Of a stretch of DNA of 64,000 nt, positions 48,900-56,592 are shown in pieces. The notes under the pieces were generated by a model. The model did not search any database and was not told the DNA's origin. It saw only the letters and a program-made list of their open reading frames with translations. The stretch's first letter is position 1. Every line of letters begins with the position of its first letter. The stretch covers positions 154,924 to 218,923 of the forward strand of contig JACRJL010000003.1 of NCBI GenBank assembly GCA_016215445.1, given 5' to 3'. The stretch is from Candidatus Roizmanbacteria bacterium. GTDB lineage: Bacteria > Patescibacteriota > Microgenomatia > UBA1406 > GWC2-37-13. Position numbers and translations under genes: made by a program.

Positions 48900-48972
48900 T
48901 TGGGGAGCTAGGATTCGAACCTAGAGTCGCGCCGCTCCAAAGGCGGGCGTGTTACCGTTACACCACTCCCCA
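48900..48972 (-). tRNA. tRNA-Gln (anticodon UUG), no encoded CCA
   Basis: The reverse complement folds as TGGGGAG..GTGT-AACGGTA-ACAC..CCCGC-CTTTGGA-GCGGC..CTAGG-TTCGAAT-CCTAG-CTCCCCA. Confidence 0.88.
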
Positions 48973-49031
48973 AAGCGACTCTATTTTACCAAAAAAGCAA
49001 CTATAAATGAAGCTCTCGGGAAGAAGTTTTG

Positions 49032-49340
49032 TCAATCACTTGGGTTATGTATGCTTTCGGCTATTTTGATTTTATTTTTTATCACTCCTTGTACGCTGAC
49101 AAAATCGCCTACTTTAATATTACCTTCTTGAATGAATTTAAGACTTTCATCAGTATTGACGACGATTAACTCTTCCAGGATAATAAAACTATTTTCATTA
49201 ACTAATGAGACAGGACCGGAAATTTGAAAGACGTTACTCGTTTCCGCCTTAGCATTGATATTTTGTCTTGTCTCTTGACCTATAACCAGAGGAACGAAAA
49301 GAATTAATGCTGATATTATTACTAAAATCATTCGTTTCAT
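49032..49340 (-). CDS. small secreted beta-domain protein (DUF5666-like)
   Basis: Signal peptide and GNIKVGDFVSVQGVIKNKIKI. Confidence 0.6.
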   Translation of the reverse strand: MKRMILVIISALILFVPLVIGQETRQNINAKAETSNVFQISGPVSLVNENSFIILEELIVVNTDESLKFIQEGNIKVGDFVSVQGVIKNKIKIAESIHNPSD

Positions 49341-49385
49341 ATAAAGGAAGAATAAAAAAATAAGATGATAGGATTATGAGAAAAT

Positions 49386-49403
49386 TGTAAGAATTAGGTA
49401 AGA
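49386..49403 (+). promoter_or_regulatory. direct repeat TGTAAGA-N4-GGTAAGA
   Basis: 11-nt phased repeat lying between the response-regulator stop and the 49340 gene start. Confidence 0.45.
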
Positions 49404-49405
49404 GT

Positions 49406-50077
49406 CTATTTTTTGATCGAATAGCCGAAGCCTCGGACCGACTGGATAAGTTTTTTCTTTCCTTTAAAATCAATCTTTTTACGTAAATATCCTATATAAA
49501 CATCTACAACTCGCGATTCGATGTCGGGAGAGTAGAGCCAAATTTTATTCAGGATTGTATCGCGGGAGAGTACTTGTCCGGCATTGGCCATCATGTAATA
49601 AAGAAGCTCGAACTCTTTCGGAGTCAAAGGAATAAGTCTACCGGCTCTTTTTACCTCTTTTGTTTTATTATTTAATTCAAGGTCAGCTACCTTCAATCTT
49701 TCCATTTCCTCACCTCTGGCGTTAAAACGAGCTTTAACTCTTGCCAATAGAACGTCCATGATAAAAGGTTTGGCTACATAGTCGTCTGCTCCCAATTTAA
49801 ATCCGCCAACAACTTCGGCCGGTTGGGATTTAGCCGTGAGAATAATAACTGGAGTATTTGGGTAGTCGGTTTTTATCTGTTTACAGACTGTTTCTCCTGA
49901 TATTTTTGGAAGACCCAAATCCAAAATTACCATATCCGGCATCTTTTTGTCGAACATTTTCAATGCCTCAACTCCATCTTCTGCTTCAACCACAACATAA
50001 CTGTTATCGATCAACGATTCCTTGACGAACTTTCTGATTTCTTTATCGTCTTCGGCGATAAGAATAGTTTTAAGCAT
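49406..50077 (-). CDS. OmpR-family response regulator
   Basis: Receiver domain plus a winged helix (SVRGFGYSI). Confidence 0.92.
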   Translation of the reverse strand: MLKTILIAEDDKEIRKFVKESLIDNSYVVVEAEDGVEALKMFDKKMPDMVILDLGLPKISGETVCKQIKTDYPNTPVIILTAKSQPAEVVGGFKLGADDYVAKPFIMDVLLARVKARFNARGEEMERLKVADLELNNKTKEVKRAGRLIPLTPKEFELLYYMMANAGQVLSRDTILNKIWLYSPDIESRVVDVYIGYLRKKIDFKGKKKLIQSVRGFGYSIKK

Positions 50078-50146
50078 CTTTATTCTTCTATAATTATAGT
50101 ATTAGTTATATACTATGTATAGTAAAACAAATTTTATTAAAAAAAG

Positions 50147-50164
50147 TGTAAGAAGTCTGTAAGA
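50147..50164 (+). promoter_or_regulatory. direct repeat TGTAAGA-N4-TGTAAGA
   Basis: 11-nt phased perfect repeat ending 8 nt before the kinase ATG. Confidence 0.45.
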
Positions 50165-50171
50165 GGAGCAT

Positions 50172-51332
50172 ATGGATAAAGTATACGAGTACTCGAAACA
50201 ATACATTCCCAGTCGATTTTTTAAGAGAATTGGTTTGAACTTCAGTTTTTTCCAGTTCAGTCTGCTTTTTCGGGTCTACCTTTTTCCGATTTTAACAAGC
50301 GCACTTGTCATATATATGGCATATTTATTACCTCCTTATCAAAACAGAGTCCCTTATTATCTAACTTATTTTGTTTTAATCGTCGTCTACTCTTGGTTGG
50401 CTGGAGCTAAAGCTGGATTGGTCGGATTATTAGTAATTTTTATTGGGAATTCACTGGTTTGGAATCAAAGAGATTTCGTCGAGTCAGCTTTTTTTGTTTT
50501 TGGTGCTATTTTGATTAGTCATATCATTGATCATACAAGGCGGACAAAGGAAATTAGAAAATTGATGAGACAGGAAAAAATCTATGCCCAGTTTTATACA
50601 GAACTTTATGACAAATACAACAAATCACTCGAAGACATCAAATCCAGAGACGAATTTCTTTCCATCGCTTCCCATGAATTAAAAACTCCTTTAACGTCAA
50701 TGCTCCTCAAACTCAGCCAAATGCTCAACAAAATAAAGAATGTTTCTTTCTCCCGTTTTTCAGTTACAGAACTGATGAGGGTTTTGGAAAACGCCCAAGG
50801 CCAGATCAACTGGTTGACGGCAATGATAAACGATCTTTTGAATGTTTCTTTGATGACAACTGGAAAAATGAATTTAGAAAAGGAAAAGACCGATCTGACA
50901 AAAATCGCGAAATTCGTCATAGAGAATTTTTCAGAAGTCATCAAACGAGAAGGCTATCAAGTGAAAATTGAAATCAAAGCTCCTGTTGTCGGATATTGGG
51001 ACAAAAGAAAAATAGAACAGGCTGTGACAAACCTATTGTCTAACGCTATCAAGTACGGTAATAAAAAACCAATCGACATACAAGTATTCAATCATAACTC
51101 CACGGCAAAGTTTATTATCCGGGATCGGGGAATAGGCATCTCCCGGGAAGACCGTAAAATTATTTTTAAACCTTTTCAAAGGCCAAAGTCAGTTGAAAAT
51201 TATAAAAAAGGTTTAGGAGTGGGACTGTATTTGACGCATCAAATTATTAGGGCTCACGGTGGAGATATTAAAGTTTCCAGTCAACCCATGTCGGGAACGA
51301 CGTTTGTCTTGGAGTTGCCCCTGAAGACCTGA
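50172..51332 (+). CDS. sensor histidine kinase
   Basis: H-box SIASHELKTPLT, HATPase_c (SNAIKYG, GLGVGLYL), 4 N-terminal TM segments. Confidence 0.9.
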   Translation: MDKVYEYSKQYIPSRFFKRIGLNFSFFQFSLLFRVYLFPILTSALVIYMAYLLPPYQNRVPYYLTYFVLIVVYSWLAGAKAGLVGLLVIFIGNSLVWNQRDFVESAFFVFGAILISHIIDHTRRTKEIRKLMRQEKIYAQFYTELYDKYNKSLEDIKSRDEFLSIASHELKTPLTSMLLKLSQMLNKIKNVSFSRFSVTELMRVLENAQGQINWLTAMINDLLNVSLMTTGKMNLEKEKTDLTKIAKFVIENFSEVIKREGYQVKIEIKAPVVGYWDKRKIEQAVTNLLSNAIKYGNKKPIDIQVFNHNSTAKFIIRDRGIGISREDRKIIFKPFQRPKSVENYKKGLGVGLYLTHQIIRAHGGDIKVSSQPMSGTTFVLELPLKT

Positions 51333-51350
51333 TAGAGTAGAATTCTCCTT

Positions 51351-52484
51351 ATGAACGACGTTATCGAATGTCCCCATTGTCATAAAACTTTTCCTGTTGA
51401 GGAAGCCTTAAGACACAAAATAAAAGAAGAGTTTGAGCGGGAACAAAAGCCAATTATGTGGAAAAAAGCCCTAGCGGCTGCCGAAACAAGAAAAAACGAG
51501 GAATCGGTACGGGAGATAAAACTTCTCAAAGAGGAAAAAGAGGAAAAGGACAAAAAGATTGAAGAGTTTATCAAGAATGAAATGGAAATAAGAAAAAAAA
51601 CAGTCAAACTAGAAGAGGAAAAAAAAGAAATAGAACTAAAAGCGCAAAGAAAACTTGACGAAGAAAGAAAAAAGATCAGCGATGATTCTTATAAAAAAGC
51701 CCAAGAGGAAAATAGATTGAAAGATTTAGAATACCAAAAAAAAGAAAGCGATTATTTAAAACAGATAGAAGATTTAAAACGAAAAATGCAGCAGGGTTCA
51801 CAACAGCTCCAGGGTGAAGTTTTAGAATTAGAGCTGGAAAATCTTCTAAGACGCGAATTTCCTTATGACGAGATTAAAGAAGTTCCCAAAGGAGTCAAAG
51901 GAGCTGATATTCAGCAAATCGTGAAAAATAATTTTGGGAAAACTGTCGGCGTAATTATTTGGGAGTCGAAAAGAACCAAGGCTTGGAGCGAAGGCTGGAT
52001 CGCTAAATTAAGAGAAGATCAGCGAACTCTCAAAGCCGACGTCGCCGTTCTAATAACCCAAGTATTACCAGAAGGGGTAAAAAACTTTGCGGCAAAAAAT
52101 GAGGTTTGGGTTTGTGATTACGATTCATTTTTGAGTTTGTCTATTGTTTTGAGAGATAGTTTGATAAAGATAGCCAGCGTTAGACAGTCGGTTGTCGGTA
52201 AACAGGACAAGAAAGAAATCCTTTGGAGTTATTTGACAGGAATCGAATTTAAACAGAGACTGGACGCCATTAACGAGGCGATTATCCAAAGAGAAAAAAT
52301 CTTAGAAAAGGAGCAGAAGTGGTTTATCAATAAGTGGGCAGCGGAAAAGAAGTCACTTGAACTTTTGAAAAATAATCTGATTGGAACTACCGGAGATTTA
52401 CAGGGTATTATGGGTAAGTCGGCCCCGGAGCTAAAGGAAATGAAAGAATTTGAAGAGTTAGAACCACCCGAAAGAAATGGATGA
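51351..52484 (+). CDS. DUF2130-like protein: Zn-ribbon, long coiled coil, and a PD-(D/E)xK-like C-terminal domain
   Basis: CPHCHKTF, a K/E-rich coiled coil, and GADIQQ...IIWESKRTK (D...ExK). Confidence 0.65.
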   Translation: MNDVIECPHCHKTFPVEEALRHKIKEEFEREQKPIMWKKALAAAETRKNEESVREIKLLKEEKEEKDKKIEEFIKNEMEIRKKTVKLEEEKKEIELKAQRKLDEERKKISDDSYKKAQEENRLKDLEYQKKESDYLKQIEDLKRKMQQGSQQLQGEVLELELENLLRREFPYDEIKEVPKGVKGADIQQIVKNNFGKTVGVIIWESKRTKAWSEGWIAKLREDQRTLKADVAVLITQVLPEGVKNFAAKNEVWVCDYDSFLSLSIVLRDSLIKIASVRQSVVGKQDKKEILWSYLTGIEFKQRLDAINEAIIQREKILEKEQKWFINKWAAEKKSLELLKNNLIGTTGDLQGIMGKSAPELKEMKEFEELEPPERNG

Positions 52485-52914
52485 TTTTTTTTCAGTCGTC
52501 TCCAAAGGAGTGATTTTCGTTCCTATTATCGTTGTAATTTCCGCTTTGTTGATAAAATTCAACCAAAATGTTCCTCCGCCTCGGAAAAATGTTTCCGTCT
52601 CTCCGACCGCGGCCGCGACTCCGGTTCAAGCTAAATCAAAAAAAATAAACATCGATCTTAAAGGTCCTTTGGTTTGTCGATATAAAAGCGATAATCAAGA
52701 ATATAATCTGTTCGTGAAAAATAAGAAAGTAGATCTTGAAGTTAAATCTAACAGTAAGACTATAAAATATGATCTTTCTTCTTATCTTCCATTTATGGAG
52801 GGGATGTTGAATAAAGATATCACTACTCTCGAGTCGATGGCAAATCAGTACTTGGGTAGAAAAATAGATTTAGAAGCGATTTTAAAAACCTGTAAAAAAG
52901 AAGATTTTAAATAA
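52477..52914 (+). CDS. membrane-anchored hypothetical protein
   Basis: Its ATG (52477-52479) overlaps the upstream gene's last codon and TGA stop (atggatga). One TM segment. Confidence 0.55.
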   Translation: MDDFFSVVSKGVIFVPIIVVISALLIKFNQNVPPPRKNVSVSPTAAATPVQAKSKKINIDLKGPLVCRYKSDNQEYNLFVKNKKVDLEVKSNSKTIKYDLSSYLPFMEGMLNKDITTLESMANQYLGRKIDLEAILKTCKKEDFK

Positions 52915-52919
52915 AAAAA

Positions 52920-53041
52920 GGCCCTGGCTACGACCTACTTTCCCTACCCCTTTTCGGGGTCAGTATCATCGGCGCTGACTCGTTTCACTTCCTTGTTCGG
53001 GATGGAAAAGGGTGGTACCAAGTCGCTTCAATAACCAGGGC
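52920..53041 (-). rRNA. rrf: 5S ribosomal RNA (stand-alone)
   Basis: The reverse complement reads GCCCTGGTTATTGAAGCGACTTGGTACCACCC..CCATCCCGAACAAGGAAGTGAAAC..GCGCCGATGATACT..GGGAAAGTAGGTCGTAGCCAGGGC. Helix I and conserved loop sequences are present. Confidence 0.9.
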
Positions 53042-53067
53042 AATTATGTAGTATATAATAATATTAG

Positions 53068-53625
53068 ATGGAAAACAATCCAAAATCGGTAAACAAAGTA
53101 TTTTTTTCCTACCTAATTCACCCCCAAATAAAGTTTGAAACGTATGAACCGGGGGAAAAAGTCATTTTACTTCTGCGCGCCCATCCCGTCACTCAATTAC
53201 ACTGGATTATTAACTCGATCATTCTTTTTATTGTTCTTTTTTTTATTAATTTTATTCTTCCTTCTTTCTTACTTTTAAACCAGATTTTTGTTCTAAACGT
53301 CTTCATTTTAGTTTTTATTTTGAGTTTTATTTGGTACAGTTTTCTTAATTGGTATTTTAACGTTGGAATCATTACCAATAAAAGAGTGATTGACGTTGAT
53401 TTTCACGGCATTTTATATAAAGAGGTGACAGTAGCCCGTCTTAATAAAATTGAAGACATAACAGTAAAAAGTGGTGGGTACTTTGCTTCCCTTTTTGATT
53501 ACGGTACGGTTTTCACCCAGACAGCCGGGACTGAGGCAAATGTAGAATTTATTAATATTCCTTTTCCATCTCTCGTCGTACAAAACATTAATCAATTGTT
53601 GGGAAAAAAGCATGGATCTCAATAA
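53068..53625 (+). CDS. bacterial PH-domain (bPH_2/YdbT-like) membrane protein
   Basis: 2 TM segments followed by ITNKRVIDVDF...ARLNKIEDITVKSGGYFASLFDYGTVFTQT. Confidence 0.6.
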   Translation: MENNPKSVNKVFFSYLIHPQIKFETYEPGEKVILLLRAHPVTQLHWIINSIILFIVLFFINFILPSFLLLNQIFVLNVFILVFILSFIWYSFLNWYFNVGIITNKRVIDVDFHGILYKEVTVARLNKIEDITVKSGGYFASLFDYGTVFTQTAGTEANVEFINIPFPSLVVQNINQLLGKKHGSQ

Positions 53626-53851
53626 TCTTTTTAATTCATTTAATTCAGGGGAGGTTATTAACGTATTTTTCAAAATTTCCTCTATTATTTTGGCTGTTAT
53701 CTATCTACTTTATGCTGTGGTTATTTCCAAACAAGTCGGGACGATGACGAAAACTATCGAAGACAAGTTTAATGTGGTAGTTTCTTTAATTAGTTCTATT
53801 CAAATTACAGTTGGTTTGATTTTATTAATATTTTCTCTTTTTTTGGTTTAA
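53612..53851 (+). CDS. small 2-TM membrane protein
   Basis: 79 aa, overlap-coupled. Confidence 0.5.
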   Translation: MDLNNLFNSFNSGEVINVFFKISSIILAVIYLLYAVVISKQVGTMTKTIEDKFNVVVSLISSIQITVGLILLIFSLFLV

Positions 53852-53853
53852 CT

Positions 53854-55596
53854 ATGTTTAAGCCAGATGTTGCTTTTTATCTAGGAGAACAAAAAAAAGG
53901 CGGTTATTCGGGGATTGTCTCCCAGGATAATTTGTTTTTCGTTATAGAAATTGGGTCGGGAATAAGTGAGGAAGTAGGTCATAGGGTTTTGGATTTTGTC
54001 AAGGAAAAAATAAAAGGAACTAGGATAAATAATCTGTCTGATTTTGAGAATTTTATTATTAATATAATCAAGGAGAAAAACCTGCCGGCTGGTTTTTCTC
54101 TTGCTTCGGCTTATTTAAAAGACAGTATTTTATATTTAAAAACTTCCGGGTCGGGTGAAGTTTATATAAGGAGGAAAGGAAAGTTGGGACTTCTTATTGA
54201 AGGTGATGCCACTGCATCAGGCCCAGTTGAGGACATGGATTTTTTTATCTTTGTCACGGAAAATTTTCTCAATCTGGTTTTGGGAAGGCAAGGTTTGGAG
54301 AAGACCTTTGACCATAGAAGCCCGACGGAAATTATCGACGAAATTACACCAGGTTTGAAAGCAAAACAAGATATTGGTGCCGTGGCGCTTTTTGTCAATC
54401 TAAAAAAGATTCATGACGAGTCCTTTACCGGTTTTCCCGGAGGAGAAGTTGAGGAAGTAATGGCTTTTTCTTGGAAAGACAGACTCATTTCAACTAAGCA
54501 GTATCTTCAAGCGATCGGACGACAAAAAACATTGACTTTCATCACTGTTTTTGTTTTGTTTCTGATACTTCTTTGGAGCGTGGTTTTGGGTTATCAGAGG
54601 AGAACGAGTGCCGGCGCGCAAAACAAAATAAAACTGGCCCGCGAACTTGTGACGCAAAAACTGTCGACTGCCGAGGATGTTGCCTATTTAAATATGAGTC
54701 GGGCTTTAATATTGATATCGGAAAGCAAAGAGGAAGTGGCTAAGTTGAAAAAAGAGATTGGCGATAAAAGAAAGGAAGCGGTCGAGTTGGAGCAGCTGGT
54801 TAAAGAAACTGAAAATAAGATACTGAAAAAAGAAATGAGACAGTACAGTGAGTTCTTTGACCTCGGAGTTGACGACAAAAACGCTTCGGGAAACAGGATT
54901 TATTTGGACGGCGAAACGGCCTTTATTCTTGACAATAAAAGAAGTATGATCTATAAGCTTTCCCTTGAGAAAAAATCCCTTCAGAAAGATCGAAAGTCAG
55001 AGGTCAAGTCGGCCAGCCTTGTAGCAGGTTTTGAAACAGAAACGTTTTTTTATGCTAAGGGTAGCGGCGTTTTTCGGATTGATAAAGAGGGAAAACTAAA
55101 AAAGGTTATAGACAATGATAAAGATTGGGTTGAAATTAGCGGTATTTATCTTTATAACGGCAACATCTATTTGTTGGACAGAGGTCGTGATGAAGTTTGG
55201 AAGTATCTGCGTGGGGAGGATGGTTATGGAAGCAAAAATTCTTATTTTGAAAGCGGTCAGGCAATAGATCTGTCGTCTATCAATTCTTTAGGGATAGACG
55301 GCTCTGTCTATCTGGTTGGTGATTCGATAGTGATAAAATATACTTCGGGTCTTCGCGATGGGTTTAAAATCGACCTTCCTGATGAGGATACTAGTTTCAG
55401 CAAGGTTTTTACGGCTAAAGACTTGGAGAAGATTTACCTTTGGGACAAGAGTAAGGCGGTCGTTTATGTTTTGAGCAAAACAGGCGAGTATATCGAACAG
55501 GTGAATTCGGAGATTTTATCAAAAGGAAGCGACATGATTGTCTACAAGGAAAAAATATATATATTAGTAGGGAACAAAATCTTCAAGATAGAATAA
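53854..55596 (+). CDS. hypothetical: degenerate PP2C-like N-domain, TM, coiled coil, C-terminal beta-repeat domain
   Basis: The order of N-terminal blocks resembles PP2C, but the metal-binding Asp residues are replaced (EIGSG, TSGSGEVY, VTENF). TM at about aa 237-258. The C-terminus carries repeated IYLLD/VYLVGD/IYLWD/IYILVG strands. Confidence 0.55.
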   Translation: MFKPDVAFYLGEQKKGGYSGIVSQDNLFFVIEIGSGISEEVGHRVLDFVKEKIKGTRINNLSDFENFIINIIKEKNLPAGFSLASAYLKDSILYLKTSGSGEVYIRRKGKLGLLIEGDATASGPVEDMDFFIFVTENFLNLVLGRQGLEKTFDHRSPTEIIDEITPGLKAKQDIGAVALFVNLKKIHDESFTGFPGGEVEEVMAFSWKDRLISTKQYLQAIGRQKTLTFITVFVLFLILLWSVVLGYQRRTSAGAQNKIKLARELVTQKLSTAEDVAYLNMSRALILISESKEEVAKLKKEIGDKRKEAVELEQLVKETENKILKKEMRQYSEFFDLGVDDKNASGNRIYLDGETAFILDNKRSMIYKLSLEKKSLQKDRKSEVKSASLVAGFETETFFYAKGSGVFRIDKEGKLKKVIDNDKDWVEISGIYLYNGNIYLLDRGRDEVWKYLRGEDGYGSKNSYFESGQAIDLSSINSLGIDGSVYLVGDSIVIKYTSGLRDGFKIDLPDEDTSFSKVFTAKDLEKIYLWDKSKAVVYVLSKTGEYIEQVNSEILSKGSDMIVYKEKIYILVGNKIFKIE

Positions 55597-55687
55597 TACT
55601 TGACAAACTCTTACATTTTCAGTTAATCTTAAGAATAAGTGCGTTCGTTAATAATTGATCAATTATTATAGGAGAGGGGGTGAGAAT

Positions 55688-56464
55688 ATGAGCGATAAAA
55701 TTTGTTTTAACAAGACTTTGACTTATTTGGTTCTTTTAGTCGCCGCAGTTGTCGGCGCTTTTTATGTAATGAACTACGCGAATTCCCAAAATCTAGGAAG
55801 TACTCCGAAAGCTGCTCCTGGTAAATGTAATTGGGCAAGCGTATCAAATTATCCGGCTGGCTGTGGTTTGACAAGTGGTACAAGTAGAGGTTATTCAACA
55901 GCTATGAACTCTAAGTTTGTAGAAGATTCTTCAAGAAAAGAACCTTCAACAGGTACTTTAAAGTTTAGATGTTGTGTAGCTATACCAGAGAGTCAAAGTG
56001 GATTGCAACCAAGTGATTCTCAAAAAAAAGCTCAAATCGAAGCATGTGCAGCTCGAAAGGGTGAAATAGTAGTTAAAAAAGCAGACCCTCAGAATAATGC
56101 AAATAATAGATGTACTTATTATGATGGTGGTTATCAACTAAGACAAGGTTACGTTTTTTGTACAGTGAAAATGTCTGATGATTTTCAACAATGCGCCGCT
56201 GCTGTCGGTACCAAGATAAACAGTGATACAAGAACAACATTGGCAGCCATATGTGCTGCAAAAGTTGATAAAATGGTGCCGGGTACACAATATACTTCTC
56301 CTGATAATCAGAATAGAACATGCTTGATCTATACAGGGGGTTATAGATATGGAAACGTGAATGTTACACCAGCACCAGCAGGTACGGATCAAATTGGATG
56401 TTTAAGAGTTAATGCTCACGATCTTTACAAAAGCGGAAAATACGAAACAGACTATTGTAAATAA
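55688..56464 (+). CDS. membrane-anchored Cys-rich protein (orphan)
   Basis: GGAGAGGGGGTGA SD before ATG 55688, N-terminal TM, more than 12 Cys, and an internal repeat (NNRCTYYDGGYQLRQGY / QNRTCLIYTGGYRYGN). Confidence 0.75.
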   Translation: MSDKICFNKTLTYLVLLVAAVVGAFYVMNYANSQNLGSTPKAAPGKCNWASVSNYPAGCGLTSGTSRGYSTAMNSKFVEDSSRKEPSTGTLKFRCCVAIPESQSGLQPSDSQKKAQIEACAARKGEIVVKKADPQNNANNRCTYYDGGYQLRQGYVFCTVKMSDDFQQCAAAVGTKINSDTRTTLAAICAAKVDKMVPGTQYTSPDNQNRTCLIYTGGYRYGNVNVTPAPAGTDQIGCLRVNAHDLYKSGKYETDYCK

Positions 56465-56508
56465 TATATTGAGAAGTTTTTGAATAAGAATTTCCGGGAC
56501 GCCGGATG

Positions 56509-56541
56509 AAAATACCCCGCAGACGTGCGGGGTATTTTTTT
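56509..56541 (+). terminator. strong Rho-independent terminator
   Basis: AAAATACCCCGCA-GACG-TGCGGGGTATTTTTTT. Confidence 0.85.
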
Positions 56542-56592
56542 GGCCAAAGTAACCCCGGAGGTTGTATATCGGCTTGGTATAATAATACAAAC

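Noticed and set aside
48949-49131. 60-aa plus-strand ORF from the track
   Set aside because: It overlaps the antisense of tRNA-Gln and of the 49032-49340 gene, with no start signals, so it is a shadow ORF.
50085-50125. AT-rich palindromes (CTATAATTATAG; TACTAT-gt-ATAGTA) in the RR/HK intergenic region
   Set aside because: They are short and composed only of A/T in an AT-rich spacer, so chance occurrence is likely. They overlap probable -10 elements.
56506-56592. N-terminal extension of the IPK ORF (MKIPRRRAGYFFGQ...)
   Set aside because: The extension is translated through the strong terminator hairpin of the upstream gene (56509-41). The conserved kinase N-terminus begins at ATG 56593, just after a TGGTATAAT promoter.
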